The notes under the pieces: generated by a model
What the model was told of the DNA's origin: nothing
Seen by the model: only the letters and a program-made list of their open reading frames with translations
Databases searched by the model: none
Position numbers and translations under genes: made by a program
Assembly (NCBI GenBank): GCA_964016885.1
Contig: OZ024750.1
Span: 25,172,001 to 25,236,000, forward strand
Reading direction: 5' to 3'
Source: Eledone cirrhosa
Taxonomy: Eukaryota
Length of the DNA: 64,000 nucleotides
Shown: positions 24,392-37,605 of the stretch, one piece after another
Position numbering within the stretch: position 1 is the stretch's first letter
Layout: every line of letters starts with the position of its first letter

Positions 24392-24768
24392 GGGCGGTGG
24401 ATTGGCAGTATCGGTAGAGAGTCGGACGCCATGCTTTCCAGCATAGTTACGTCCCTTTACGATCCGAGTTCAAATCCCGCCGAGGTTGACTTTGCCTTTC
24501 ATCCTTACGGGGTCGATAAAATAAAGAACCAGTAATGCACTGGGTAATTGCTGGCCTTGTGCCTAAAGTAGAAACAATTATTTACATGGCAGTATCGGTA
24601 GAGGGTCAGACGCCATGCTTTCTAGCATAGTTACGTCCCTTTACGTTCTGAGTTCAAATCCCGTCGAGGTTAACTTTGCCTTTCATCCTTACGTGGTCAA
24701 TAAAATAAAGTACCAGTAATGCACTGGGTAATTGCTGGCCTTGTGCCAAAAGTAGAAACAATTATTTA
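24392..24768 (+). mobile_element. SINE family B head-to-tail dimer with nested TSDs
   Basis: A full and a 5'-truncated copy; target sequence at 24374-24391, 24577-24594 and 24761-24771. Confidence 0.9.
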
Positions 24769-25524
24769 CATTACATTCTGTAAGAACCAACAATCACTTT
24801 AAATTGTTGCTTTAGTCTGAATTCTTTTGTAAGACATTGCCATGCCTCTTCCATTATCATCTTTTCATGTTTAATTGAAGGAGAAATATTTCTGCAGTGG
24901 TTCTCATGCTGCAGACTTAGGTTTAGAGTTCAAACGGTTAAAGAGATTAAATATTCTGCTGCCTTCAGAAATGATAAATTGAAGCTGACATGTCATTGCT
25001 TGGCAGTTTGATGTTTTGACCTAGATCTGAGTTGGAATTGGGAACATATCAATAGATTACACCACTAATGCTTCTCTGAAACAATGACTATCACTTCTTA
25101 TCTCTAAAAACATCTGTGTTATTGTAAATACAACAACATCAAAGTTATTGATATTGTGGGAAGTTCAGACCTTCTTTTTCCTTCTTTTTTCCTTTTAATA
25201 TTCTTTTTCTGTATATTTACATAAAATAGCAGACTCATATCTCAAAGAAATGGTTTACAAAATGGGTGAGGAATTGTAAGGGTTTAAAGATCTATGACAA
25301 AAATCGAAATTGTGTTCTTGCAAACCAGACACAACTTCAAAATGTCTCTTGAAAGAGATAGTGGCAGTTTGAAACCAAAGAAAAAAAATATTGATTTTCT
25401 TTTTATCTTCAGCTTAAACCAGGTACTTAACTGAATGTTCACTTACCAGCCTAACAAATTGTGTGAAACTTTATAAATTTAATTGGTCTTTGATACTAAA
25501 AGGATACATTTAAGCTACAAATCA

Positions 25525-25617
25525 CTCACACACCACACACCATGCCACATGCATGCACAATACCACACACCACACACACACACACCATGTCACACACACA
25601 TACCACACTGTCGTACA

Positions 25618-25661
<44 letters not shown>

Positions 25662-25799
25662 ATACATGCACACCATGTCACACACACCACACCACATGCA
25701 TGCACCATGCTACACACACACCACACACATACACACACACTACACAGACACACACACACACACCCATACATGCACACCATGCCACATGCACACATCATG

Positions 25800-25842
<43 letters not shown>

Positions 25843-26023
25843 ATGTCACACATACATACCACACTGTCATACACCACACACACTCATACATGCACACCAT
25901 ATCACACACACCATACACCATGCCACATGCTTGCACCATGCTACACACACCACACACACCACACACTCATACACACACCACACACACTCATGCACACACA
26001 CCATGCCACATGCACACATCATG

Positions 26024-26075
<52 letters not shown>

Positions 26076-26085
26076 ACACACCCAT
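25525..26085. repeat. (CA)n/catg compound repeat
   Basis: Low-complexity CA mosaic; source of the HT-rich ORFs. Confidence 0.9.
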
Positions 26086-26165
26086 AAACACAATTTATTA
26101 TAACAGAATAGGTTGAATCATGCCTAAAGTTTCACAGTAATAATAGACAAAATGTGTTTTGAATG

Positions 26166-26196
<31 letters not shown>

Positions 26197-26317
26197 TATA
26201 TATTTGTGTTTGTGTGACTATATGTGTTTGTGTGAGTATATATAACACCTTTCGTAACTGTACTCCTTGTTGTTGTTATTTTCTTTTCCAATGTGTGTGG
26301 GTGTGTGGGTGTTTCAT

Positions 26318-26659
26318 TCATCATCATTTCATTTCATTTTACGTCCACTTTTCCCTGCCTGCAAGGGTGGGACGGGAACTGATTCTGGCTTGATTTCTAC
26401 AGCTGGATGCCCTTCCTAACACCAACCTCATTTACAGTGAGTGCTGGGTGCTTTTTTGCCGTGGCACCTCCACGACCACTTTGCAGTGGAATGATAGGGA
26501 CACCAGTCCCTATCATCTCATTTCTACAGCTGAGTAAACTGGAGCAATGTGAAATAAAGTGTCTTGCTCAAGGAAACAACACATCACCCGGTCTGAGAAT
26601 TGAACTCGCAACCTTTCGATTGCAAGGCCAATGCCCTAACCACTAAGCCATGTGCCTCC
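26318..26659 (-). mobile_element. SINE family A, full length (tRNA head, CORE-like, module, RTE tail)
   Basis: Reverse complement of 50993-51335. Confidence 0.9.
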
Positions 26660-26897
26660 GTATTTGCGTGTGTAAGTAATATTTTTTAATATTTAGCAAG
26701 AAAATAAATAGGTCATTATATTTTAGCTGTTATATCTGTTGGTTAGGTTTTAGGATAATTACAATATAAAGAAGTAAAACCAATAAATTACAGAAAAGTT
26801 CAGATATGTTTTGACTCTATCTATACATCAAACTTTTATACTTCATGCCTTACATATTTCTACACCTTATATATATATATATATATGTATGTATAAA

Positions 26898-27520
26898 TCA
26901 TCACCATCATCATCATTTTACGTCCATTCTTCCACGCTAGCATGGGTTAGACGGGTTGTCCTGTTGTGGGTAGTGTCCGGCTGGCTGACCTGGTCTTGCT
27001 CATACGGGAACTGATTCTGATTCTGGCTTGATTTCTACAGCTGGATGCCCTTCTTAACACCAACCTCATTTACAGTGAGTGCTGGGTGCTTTTTTTCCAT
27101 GGCGCCCACACGTCCACTTTACAGTGTGGGCTGGGTGCTTTTTTGCAGTGGCGCCCACACGTCCACTTTACAGTGTGGGCTGGGTGCTTTTTTGCAGTGG
27201 CGCCCACACGTCCACTTTACAGTGTGGGCTGGGTGCTTTTTTGCAGTGGCGCCCACACGTCCACTTTACAGTGTGGGCTGGGTGCTTTTTTGCAGTGGCG
27301 CCCATACGTCCACTTTACAGTGTGGGCTGGGTGCTTTTTTGCAGTGGCGCCCACACGTCCACTTTACAGTGTGGGCTGGGTGCTTTTTTGCCATGGCACC
27401 TCCACGACCACTTTGCAGTGGGAGGGGATGGGGCATATTGTTTATATGCTTAAGCTTCGGCTTGTACCCGTGGGAAATCGGGTCTTCTGTATTACTGCGT
27501 GGCGCCAGACGTCACGGTCG
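26898..27520 (-). mobile_element. RTE LINE 3' end (third variant) with an internal 49-bp array in the 3' UTR
   Basis: DRDVWRHAVIQKTR ORF2 end; about 6 tandem 49-bp units at ~27085-27420; (CAT)n tail. Confidence 0.8.
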
Positions 27521-27699
27521 TGTGTATATATAAAGTGCCAGACTAGTACTGTGGTTGATTCTTCCTCTCGCTGGAAGAAATCTGCTGTACTCAGGCCTGG
27601 AGAGGGATGGTCAGGAAACGCCATATGTCAATACAAGGCCCCTACAACTCTAATCAGGAGTTACGGCACCATACATATTTACACACACACACAACAAAG

Positions 27700-27818
27700 A
27701 GGGTGTGGTAAGATATCAGGTGGACCATGACGCGCCAGAGTACTCAATACTTGGGGTAGTAGAGTGGGTAATATGCAAAGATTCAGGAGCCCGACGGTTG
27801 AGCTCCGGCCGTTTCGAC
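27700..27818 (-). mobile_element. Second copy of the 1.2-kb Penelope-like family, hammerhead 3' half
   Basis: Aligns to ~1172-1285; minus GAAACGG-ccggagctcaa-CCGTC; truncated at stem II. Confidence 0.55.
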
Positions 27819-27856
27819 ATAAATATATGTATATATGTATGTATCTTTTTTTTATA

Positions 27857-28185
27857 TCATCATTTTACGTCCACTTTTCCCTGCTTGCAAGGGTGGGACG
27901 GGAACTGATTCTGGCTTGATTTCTACAGCTGGATGCCCTTCCTAACACCAACCTCATTTACAGTGTGGGCTGGGTGCTTTTTTGCCGTGGCACCTCTACG
28001 ACCACTTTGCAGTGGAATGATAAGGACCCCAGTCCCTATCATCTCATTTCTACAGCTGAGTAAACTGGAGCAATGTGAAATAAAGTGTCTTGCTCAAGGA
28101 AACAACACATCACCCGGTCTGAGAATTGAACTCACAACCTTTCGATTGCAAGGCCAATGCTCTAACCACTAAGCCATGTGCCTCC
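27857..28185 (-). mobile_element. SINE family A, full length
   Basis: Near-identical to the other family A copies. Confidence 0.9.
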
Positions 28186-28214
28186 TATGTATGTAATTCA
28201 AAATTCAATAAAAC

Positions 28215-28390
28215 TTGGCAATAACGGTAGAGTGCCAGACACCATGATTTGCAGCATAGGGGTTATGGCCCTTTATGTTCTGAGTTCAAATCCCATCAGG
28301 TTAACTTTGCCTTTCATCCTTACGGGGTTGATAAAATAAAGTACCAGTAATGCACTGGGGTAATTGCTGGCCTTGTGCCAAAAGCAGAAC

Positions 28391-28427
<37 letters not shown>

Positions 28428-28430
28428 TTT
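28215..28430 (+). mobile_element. SINE family B with expanded (ATT)n tail
   Basis: Consensus body followed by about 11 ATT units. Confidence 0.85.
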
Positions 28431-28778
28431 TATTTTTTTATTTATACATCTACAGTTGTTTGAACGTGACTAGGGTATGTCATCAATTGGGGAGAAGAAA
28501 AGTAGAAATGTGCTTAACTCATCTTACCAATGAAAATAGCGAACTGTTACACTATAACCTCATATATTACTATATGTATGTATGTGTGTATGTATGTATG
28601 TATGTATGTGTGTGTGTGTATGTTCTTCTGGTTTTATAATTTCACAATTTTTTTTCCAATATATAAACACACACATAACAGATATACACGCATAAATATA
28701 TAAACACACACAGGGAGATATACACTCATAAATATATAAACACACATAGAGAGATAGACACTCAAATATATAAACACA

Positions 28779-29282
28779 CTAGCAGTGGTACCCAGCGTTG
28801 CACGGGATAAAGTATTGTGAAATATATAACCGCCTTAGCTAAGCTTAGTATTGCCACAACCACGGCTGGCAAAGAAGTAAGGGTCTGGTGGTACGTAAGT
28901 AAGCAACACTGTGGCTTAAGATGTGAGGAAGAAGTTGTGTGCACTTACCAACTGTTTGGGGAATGAGTGTGAGATTTGTCTTGAGCAAGGGTGGCAGAAT
29001 AACCGGAGGCAGCAGACAGCCAGACATACAGACAGATATTATAAGGGCGCGACGTTATATGTATGTATCTATCTAAAAAGAGAAAGACTAAGAATTATAG
29101 AGAGATCGCTAAATCGCTAGGGCATTGAAAATTTGAATTTTTTTTTGCTTAGAACACTCCCTGAAACATAAGTATTACATGTGTAAAGTTTGAAAACAGT
29201 CAGTTGGGTGCTTCTCTAGTTTTAGGGATTCAAACTCACACACAGACAGACATCCTCAGTTTTATATATATAAATATACAGA
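28779..29282 (-). mobile_element. Non-autonomous Helitron
   Basis: Minus: A|TC ... CCCGTGCAACGCTGGG hairpin ... CTAG|T (AT target, no TSD); internal (CTGT)n. Confidence 0.7.
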
Positions 29283-29384
29283 TTCTAACAGACATAAATA
29301 TATAACAACATATACTATACATGCACCTTTGACAAGTTATATATATCTATGTATGTATTTATATATTTATGTATGTGTGTTTAT

Positions 29385-29421
<37 letters not shown>

Positions 29422-29954
29422 CAGAAATAAACACACATACATAAATATATAAATACATACATAGATATATATAAACGCATAAATAGATGGTTAAGTACAT
29501 TTTTAAACAATTAGATAAGCACCACATCTGATAGTTACTAGTTGTACTGACAAAAATGAGAGCATTCTAGAAATAGTCATCTTAATGTAGCTTATTGTCC
29601 TCTCCATTCTGTAGTAGAAATATTTATCAATTTGTTACAAATTACTCCACCTAGTGACCATCCTTGCTGGAAGGAATGTTCTCAAGTGAGCAAACTTTAT
29701 TTATATTATATTTATAAAGCTTTAGATATTTTGTATATTACGGTAAACTGCAATAAAATATTATGATAACTGCAGTTGGAGACATTGCTTCTGACAGGAC
29801 TCACTAGAAGGAAGCTTTGAGGACTCTGTCTCCACGACCTTCTTAGGAATAAGTAGGTGAAGAGATAATAAACTGATGCCAAGTACCCAACAATACTCAG
29901 GCTCATAAATAACTTAAACAAATTACATTAACAAACTAACAAAGTAGCAGGATT

Positions 29955-30230
29955 GTCTACACGGTTGCTCAATCTGCTGGAAACACCAGTCAAATTTCCA
30001 TCTAATCACATCTACCATCTTACAAAAGAACACTTTGGACAATATACTCTTTGATATATAGGTTTGCCTAATCTAAGCTGAGCCTAAACAATAATTGATA
30101 CACAGGTTTACCTAATCTGAGCTGAGCTGAGCGTAAACAATAATTGATACACAGGTTTGCCTGAGCTGGGCCTAAACAATAATTGATACACAGGTTTACC
30201 TAATCTGAGCTGAGCTTGGCCAAACAATAA
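29955..30230 (+). mobile_element. Old dispersed repeat family (relatives at ~32560-32770, 57440-57700, 58350-58520) with tandemly amplified tail
   Basis: Shared gctcaa(c/t)ctgct(a/g)gaaa..agccaaat motif; tail repeats at 30060-30230 and 57565-57695. Confidence 0.55.
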
Positions 30231-31489
30231 TTGTAAAATACTTTGCTACTAATACTAATAAATAAACAGGTTTTGAGAGAAAGTTGATTTCTAATTTTGA
30301 AGTAGAACAATGATGATGATATTTATGCTGTTTCCCTCACCATCCTCTGGGGAAATTCCCTCTCTATTGTGTCCACTGGAGCCATGGGGTGGCCAGTGTG
30401 TGAGATCCCATTTGCCCATAACGGTGAGAGACGGAGGCAATGACAGTGGGAGTCCAGCTCCTCTGTCCAGAACTGGTGTATATATATGTGTGTGTGTGTG
30501 TGTGTTTTTGTCTTCAAATATAAAAAAAAAAAAAAGAGTGACTTGTGAAATTTGTCAATGAGATTATAACTAAACTAAATGATGGAAGCCAATAATATCT
30601 AAATATATTTATAACTTGAGGCTCTTTCATATCAAAATGGTCTATTTTCATACTAATATAGATTCTGTATTTCCTGGTGCCAAAGACGCTTCGTCCTCGA
30701 GGAAGCACTCTAATTTTGACAATCGCCCCCAAAAATAATAATAAACAACCTTTGGCCTCCAGGACGCATGGTAGAATTTTGAGACTTATTTTAGGAAAAG
30801 AAGTAGTGTCTTTGATGCTGGAAATTACGGTATATATTTTTGTTATATATACTTCTAATTTGAGCTACTTTAAAATAAGTTACATATAGAATAGAAGGAG
30901 AATTTATTATTACAAACATTTCATTCTGCGAGATATTTTCTATTGCTCCTTATTCCTTCCTAAATTTCTTAGCAACAAACTAGATATTGATAAAGAAATG
31001 TGTTTAAGAAGTTTGGTTTTTCTCTTTTATTTTCCATATACTTTGATCTATCATTTCTCAGCAGTGATAACATTAGTGAAATCAATGGTAAAATAAGTTG
31101 GTGTTTATTTGTTCTCTTTTATTTTTTGTTCTTTCTTTAAATCATGAATGTACTATGAAAACCTGAGGGTCTGGTTTGGCTGTGCTACTACTGCTGTCTA
31201 CCAATATATCAATATAAAGATTTGGTATTATGAACAAACCTACAATATTGATGACCAGGAAAATAGAGAAATTACAATATAAAATACTTCAATAGAAGGT
31301 TTTATTGCTTACCCAGAACTTTGATAATTGATGTTTTTATTTGTTTTTTTTTGTTTGTTTTTGTTTTTCTACACACAACCACAGCATTCATGAGCTTTTT
31401 ATAGCTTCTCTATTTCTCATTTCCTCTTCTCGCCCGTTGTCCCCCCTCCCACTCTCTCTCTTTCTCCTTCCCTCTTCTCACCATCCATC

Positions 31490-31770
31490 TCTACCTACTC
31501 TCTCTCTATCCCTACCTACTCTCTCTCTATCCCTACCTACTCTCTCTCTATCCCTACCTACTCTCTCTCTATCCCTACCTACTCTCTCTCTATCCCTACC
31601 TACTCTCTCTCTCTATCCCTACCTACTCTCTCTCTCTATCCCTACCTACTCTCTCTCTCTATCCCTACCTACTCTCTCTCCCTATCCCTACCTACTCTCT
31701 CTCCATCCCTACCTACTCTCTCTCTCTCCATTCCTACCTACTCTCCCTCTCTCTCTCTATTCCTACCTAC
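31490..31770. repeat. ~21-bp CT-rich minisatellite
   Basis: ctacctactctctctctatcc repeats. Confidence 0.9.
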
Positions 31771-32088
31771 TTTCTATCTTTCTCACTTCTATAAAAAAAG
31801 TTGCATGTTTGAACATGTATGCACCCTGTCCGTGAGTGTGAGTGTGTGTGTGTGAGTGTGTGCATGTGGGAATCCTTTGTATTACAGCATCTGTATTATT
31901 TGTAGGAAGGGCTGTTATTGCTGTCTTATGTCTAAATTATTAGAAATTGTATACTTGTGTTTATTTTTTTTTACATATCTCTAACATATTTAACTATTTA
32001 CTTCATTAAAAAATAATAAAATGTCTTCCGCAGTATTTGCTGCATTTAGACTAACCAGTCATAATTTATTACTATTATTTGATAGATT

Positions 32089-32472
32089 GGCGGTGGATTG
32101 GCAGTATCGGTAGAGGGTCGGACGCCATGCTTTGACACATAGAGTTACGGCCCTTTGTGGTCTGAGTTCAAATCCCGCCGAGGTTAACTTTGCCTTTCAT
32201 CCTTACGGGGTCGATAAAATAAAGTACCAGTAATGTACTGGGTCATTTGATGGCCTTGTGCCTAAAGTAGAAACAATTATTTGATAGATTGGCAGTATCG
32301 GTAGAGGGTCGGACGACATGCTTTGCAGCATAGAGTTACGGCTCTTTGTGGTCTGAGTTCAAATCCCGCCGAGGTTAACTTTGCCTTTCATCCTTACGGG
32401 GGTCGATAAAATAAAGTACCAGTAATGCACTGGGATAATTGCTGGCCTTGTGCCAAAAGTAGAAATAATTAT
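32089..32472 (+). mobile_element. SINE family B head-to-tail dimer with triplicated target site
   Basis: attatttgatagattg at 32074, 32276 and 32468. Confidence 0.9.
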
Positions 32473-34068
32473 TTGATAGATTGTTTCAAGACTTCATTAG
32501 TCTACAAACCTTGGTTGTAAATAACGTCTGACACTAGTTACATATTATACCGCCAAAAGAAGCTGCTATGTGGTTACACAATCTGCTAGAAGTAACAGCC
32601 AAATTTTTTTCAAATCGCCCATTATCATTCTATAACAAAAAACAAAAACACTTTGTATAATGTAACTCCTAAATATACTAGGCCTATAAAAAGAAAACGG
32701 AATGGTCAGAGCTGCAATGTTTTTGATGATAGTTTCTGCTGAATCTGTGCTGACCTTTGGCTAAACAATAAATACCAGATCATAATCATTACTGATACAT
32801 CAGAAACACAACTGTAACACCATGTTTTAGTTTATGACATCACAACAAATATCATTTGTTAAGATGTAGCTTGTTATGACATCATAATAAAAATCATGTT
32901 ATGATGTTGTTTGTTATGACTCACAATAAACATTATATATTATAAATATATGTTATGATGTTGCTTGTTATGACATCACAACAAACATCATATGTTATGA
33001 TGTAACTTATGGCATCATATGTTATGATGTAGCTTGTAAGACATCATAGCAAACATAACTCAACAAGCATCATAACTCCACATTATTTAATTATGACATC
33101 ACAACAAACATGTAAGGTTTAATTAAGTTGTGTGATGTCACTTGGAAAGTCGACACCTGAAATTGTGGCTTTCTATTTCAGAGTCAAAAATATGTTTCAC
33201 CTCTGAATCATTTTGACCATTTTACATAGCTTAGATCATATAATTTAGTTAGTAAATATTAGATTATCACCAAGAAAAACAACTGAAAAGTAGACTTACT
33301 TTTCTATCTGTTAAATTATAATTATAATTTTTATTGGGCATGAAAGAATTATTACTTTAAAAATTGTAATTGCATAATATTAACACCAGAGGTCTCCACT
33401 GCTACAGGCTTGACCACAAACCTGTCGGAGAGCGATCGATATTTGGAGAGTTTATCCTCCTTTTCTATCTTGTCTGTACATTGTTAGGTTGTCAATAATT
33501 TAAGTTCATTTTAAAGTTTACAATGATATATTTACTTTAGTGAACAAAATATTAGATTGTCATCAAGAAAGAACAATTCGACCGAAAGGTAGACTTTTCT
33601 ATCTTATCTGTACATTGACAGGTTGTCAAGTTAATGATTTTACTCTTACCACTATCATTGCTGATCCTTTGAACTCAATGTACTGTATATCTCTCCAACC
33701 TAAACATATCTACTATTCATGTTATATTGTCTCACTTCTTAGAACTTCAATAAAATACTTTGTCTAATTCTTTGTCTATTCAACTGTATATTTTGGTAGA
33801 TCTTTCATTGCTTATGTCGTCATTTAAAATTGATATACTAAACTTTCTCAACTATTTCATTGTTCTCGTACAAGAAGACCTTAACTCTTCTGATATGAAA
33901 CAGCCTAGAACCACCTAGGGTTCTCATCATCACCACCACCACCACCACCACCACTCTTTAATGTCCATTTTTCAATGTTAGCATGGGATTGTGATTTTAA
34001 TGGGTTTGTAATGAAGAACTTTTGTTATGTTCCAAACATCAGTTTAGTTACGAGAGAGTTAATTATTT

Positions 34069-34460
34069 TACAAAGCTCTTCCAAATTCTTGATTATTCGC
34101 ACTGGTTGCTGACAAGACCTCTGGTGTACTCGGACCCCGTACTGCCAAGCTCCTTCGCAAGATCAAAACATTAGTAGCCTGTCTGAGGAAAGAGCCCCAA
34201 GAGGTTGGGTGGCTGTTGTAGCGGGTGTCACTAGCCATTGTCTGCGGAAATGCTTTTGCAGTTTTGTCTGTATGGCGCAACCTCAATACCACCATGCCCT
34301 AGGCCCAGAGCCCATCACTCCCCCCGCCCCTTTCTTCTGTGGCCCTAGATTCCTTGCTTTCCCCCTCCTTTTCTTCTCATTTATGGTTTTCATAGTCCTT
34401 TCCTCTACTTTCCTATACAGCCAGATCTGCCCTTTTTTACCCCTTACAGAAAGGTATACT
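34069..34460 (+). pseudogene. CRE-clade non-LTR retrotransposon 3' fragment (RLE C-terminus + pyrimidine-rich 3' UTR)
   Basis: 34069-34302 reads FALVADKTSGVLGPRTAKLLRKI...EPQEVGWLL*RVSLAIVCGNAFAVL, matching the CRE pattern VAVETLGVLG...QRLSLAIQRGNA; two internal stops. Confidence 0.75.
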
Positions 34461-35694
34461 GTTTTCGAAATTATTTGAAATTCCTAGACAGTGTTTTTCA
34501 TTATAAACCTGGCAATGAAAGTATCAAATATCATAAGCCAAGTTCTTTGTATTAATTTAATGATTTTTTTCCTGTTAAAACATTTAAAACATTCAGATGA
34601 TCAATTGATAAGTAATCTTAGATATTTCTTCTTTGTTTTATTTTTCTAAGGTGATAAAATTTGATAAAATCTAATATTTGTTAGACAAAGAAATAGTTTA
34701 AAATGTTATTATATATATTGTAAATAGTTTAAAATGTTACTGTATATATAGTAAATAGCTTAAATTATTTTATTTATTGTAAATAGTTTAAAATTTTACT
34801 GTATATATTGTAAATAGTTTTCAATTACTTTATATATATTGTAAATCGTTTAAAATTACTATATATATATACTGCACAATTTTATAATGAATATAATATA
34901 ACAGTAAACAGTTTTAAATTACTATATATATTATACAACTGTATAGTAATATAATATTACAATAACTAGAGGCCAAATGGCAAGGTTGTTAGGACATAGA
35001 TCAAAATACATTGCAGTATTTGACCTGGTTCTGTGTTTTGAATTCAAATCCTGTTGAGGTCAAATTTACCCTTCATCCTTCCCAGGTCTGATAAAATAAA
35101 GTACCAGGGTAGTGGATTGGTGGAGATGTTAGATTGGTTTTAGGTCAATTCTAAACCAGATTCCCACTTTTTACTTGATCTGTATTGCTTTTTCTCTCAT
35201 AAAATACCATTTGTTTATATCATTCTCTTTAAAAGTAGTTTTTTTCTATTAGCATGGCTTGTTTGAATTTGTAAATTTAAACAAATGTTAGAATTATTCA
35301 GGCAGTTAATACTTGATTGATCATTTTAAATACTTACATTTTATTGGTTCTGATCTTTTATACAAATAATTTTAATGCTTATGACACTCAAATGCTTATG
35401 ACACTCAAACTTTTATTAGATTCAGCTCACAAGTCTGACCAATTTTATGTATTGCTTAGCTTATGTTTTATATTCAACTGTCATCAAATTGATAACTTGA
35501 ATTATATAATGTTTAAAAAAACTACTTCAAGCTTCATAAGAAAAGTTGGTTCTTTTCCTAGGTAAGTAGATGACTGAAATATTTTCAAATGTTCTTTTAT
35601 AGGGCAAGCATATCAAGGAACCTGTGATAAAATTTTGACAATATTGTTAGTTTAACTCTTAACATCCTGTACCTCAGTATGAGTGTGTATGCAA

Positions 35695-36000
35695 TACACC
35701 AGGTCTGAACACAATGGAAACAAACTTCCACCGTCACTGCCTCCATCTTTCCTGCTCTCCCCATCTCTCGCTATGGTGTGGGTGTGTGTCTGTGGAACAC
35801 ACACACACACACACACAAGGTCTGAACATAATGGAACCAAACTTCCACTGTCACTGCCTCCATCTCTCCCGCTCTCCTCATCTCTCACTATGGTGTGAGT
35901 GTGTGTCTGTGAAATATATATATATATACACTAGGTCTGAACACAAAGGGACCAAATTTCCACTATGACTGCCTCCATCTCTCATGTTCCCCCTATCTCT
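35695..36000. repeat. ~119-bp tandem repeat, about 2.5 copies; inverted relative at ~30420-30480
   Basis: aggtctgaaca...cttccac(c/t)gtcactgcctccatct repeats. Confidence 0.8.
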
Positions 36001-36001
36001 C

Positions 36002-36365
36002 GTGGATTGGCAGTATCGGTAGAGGGTCGGACGCCATGCTTTCCAGCATAGTTACGTCCCTTTACGATCTGAGTTCAAATCCCGCCGAGGTTGACTTAGC
36101 CTTTCATCCTTACGGGGGTCGATAAAATAAAGTACCAGTAATACACTGGGTAATTGCTGGCCTTGTGCCTAAAATAGAAACAATTATTATGAGTAAATAA
36201 ATTATTATAAATAAAGTACCAGTAATGCACTGGGTAATTGCTGGCCTTGTGCCTAAAATAGAAACAATTATTATGAGTAAATAAATTATTATAAATAAAG
36301 TACCAGTAATGCACTGGGTAATTGCTGGCCTTGTGCCAAAAGTAGAAACAATTATTATGAGTAAA
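36002..36365 (+). mobile_element. SINE family B with 84-bp 3' end triplicated
   Basis: aaataaagtaccagta...gaaacaattattatgagtaaata occurs three times. Confidence 0.9.
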
Positions 36366-37605
36366 TAGGGACCCACGCACTGGCTGCCCTGCTACCCTGG
36401 CGGTCAGAATAGGCAGCTTCAGATAAAATACAAACTACTTTTTTCTTGTTTGAATTGAAATAATACAAAATACTTAAAAATGAAATGAAAAGAAAAGAAT
36501 CTATGTAATTTCCTAGCAAGGTTTTACTGTGTGTAGATTTGTTTGTCCTGTATCTCTTCCATTATCCACTTATTACTATTTACCAACACACAATCATCAA
36601 CAGTGTCTTTGTTTCTTTTAAATGTCTTTTTCCATGTTCACATTGATTGGGATGAAACATTTTGAGGCAGTTTTCACTCCCTCCCCACTTGGTAAAGAAA
36701 TGAGGTTCGAGATCTTGGATCAATTAAATAAATATATATATATATATATATTAGTTGTGTTGGTCTCTATTTTAGTCCTAGTATTTTAATATTTTGTAAT
36801 AACTGCTCTTGTATTAACTGTGACAGGTGAATGTGTGTGGTTTAGGGTCTAGAGATTTGGATTGGCAATCGTGAGGATGTGAGTTCAATTTTCAGGCTGG
36901 GCAATGTGTTATGTCCTTGAGCAAGACACTTTTATAAACAATAGCTACTATCATTGTAACAATCCTCTTCAATACCACTGTAATAGTAGTTTGTTTGTTA
37001 GACTATGTTTTATATTCTCATTAAAAGTTTCCATTCAAATGTGTTTGTTTATTGTAAGAAATAAAAACAATATATATCAGCTGCAAAGAAATGATTAACT
37101 TTTAATCTATTTAGTCTGTTGAAATGCATCCATATCATAATGGAATAATTTACCTTTTGTCTATTATGTGAAATGTTTCTTAAAGAAAATGAATGTCTGT
37201 ATTATGATTGGCTTCCTAGTCGAACGACACATTTTTATATCACCATAACAACTTTGATTAACTAACTTCAACTTTTCAAGCTGCTTTCTTCTTCGATTCT
37301 GATTTTCTTTTTCTTACTAAAATGAATTTTAAATTGTAGAAAATAAACCAGCCAGTAACTGTTGCTTGTGTCTGCAAAGTAAAGTTGACTGCAACACAAA
37401 TTGAACTCAGAATACTGATCTACTAAACTATACATTTGTCTAGTGTTCTCATCTAGCATCATCGTTTAACATCCATTTTCCATGGTAGCATGGGTAGGAT
37501 GGATGTCCTTTTGTGAGAGATCAGGTTGGAGGGCCATGTTTTGCTCACACAGAGCTGATTTTGGCTTGGTTTCTACAGCTGGATGCCCTTCCTAATGCTG
37601 AACTA

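Noticed and set aside
26407-26646. Recurrent 79-aa ORF MPFLTPTSFTV... at several loci
   Set aside because: Antisense reading of SINE family A; recurrence reflects copy identity, not a gene family.
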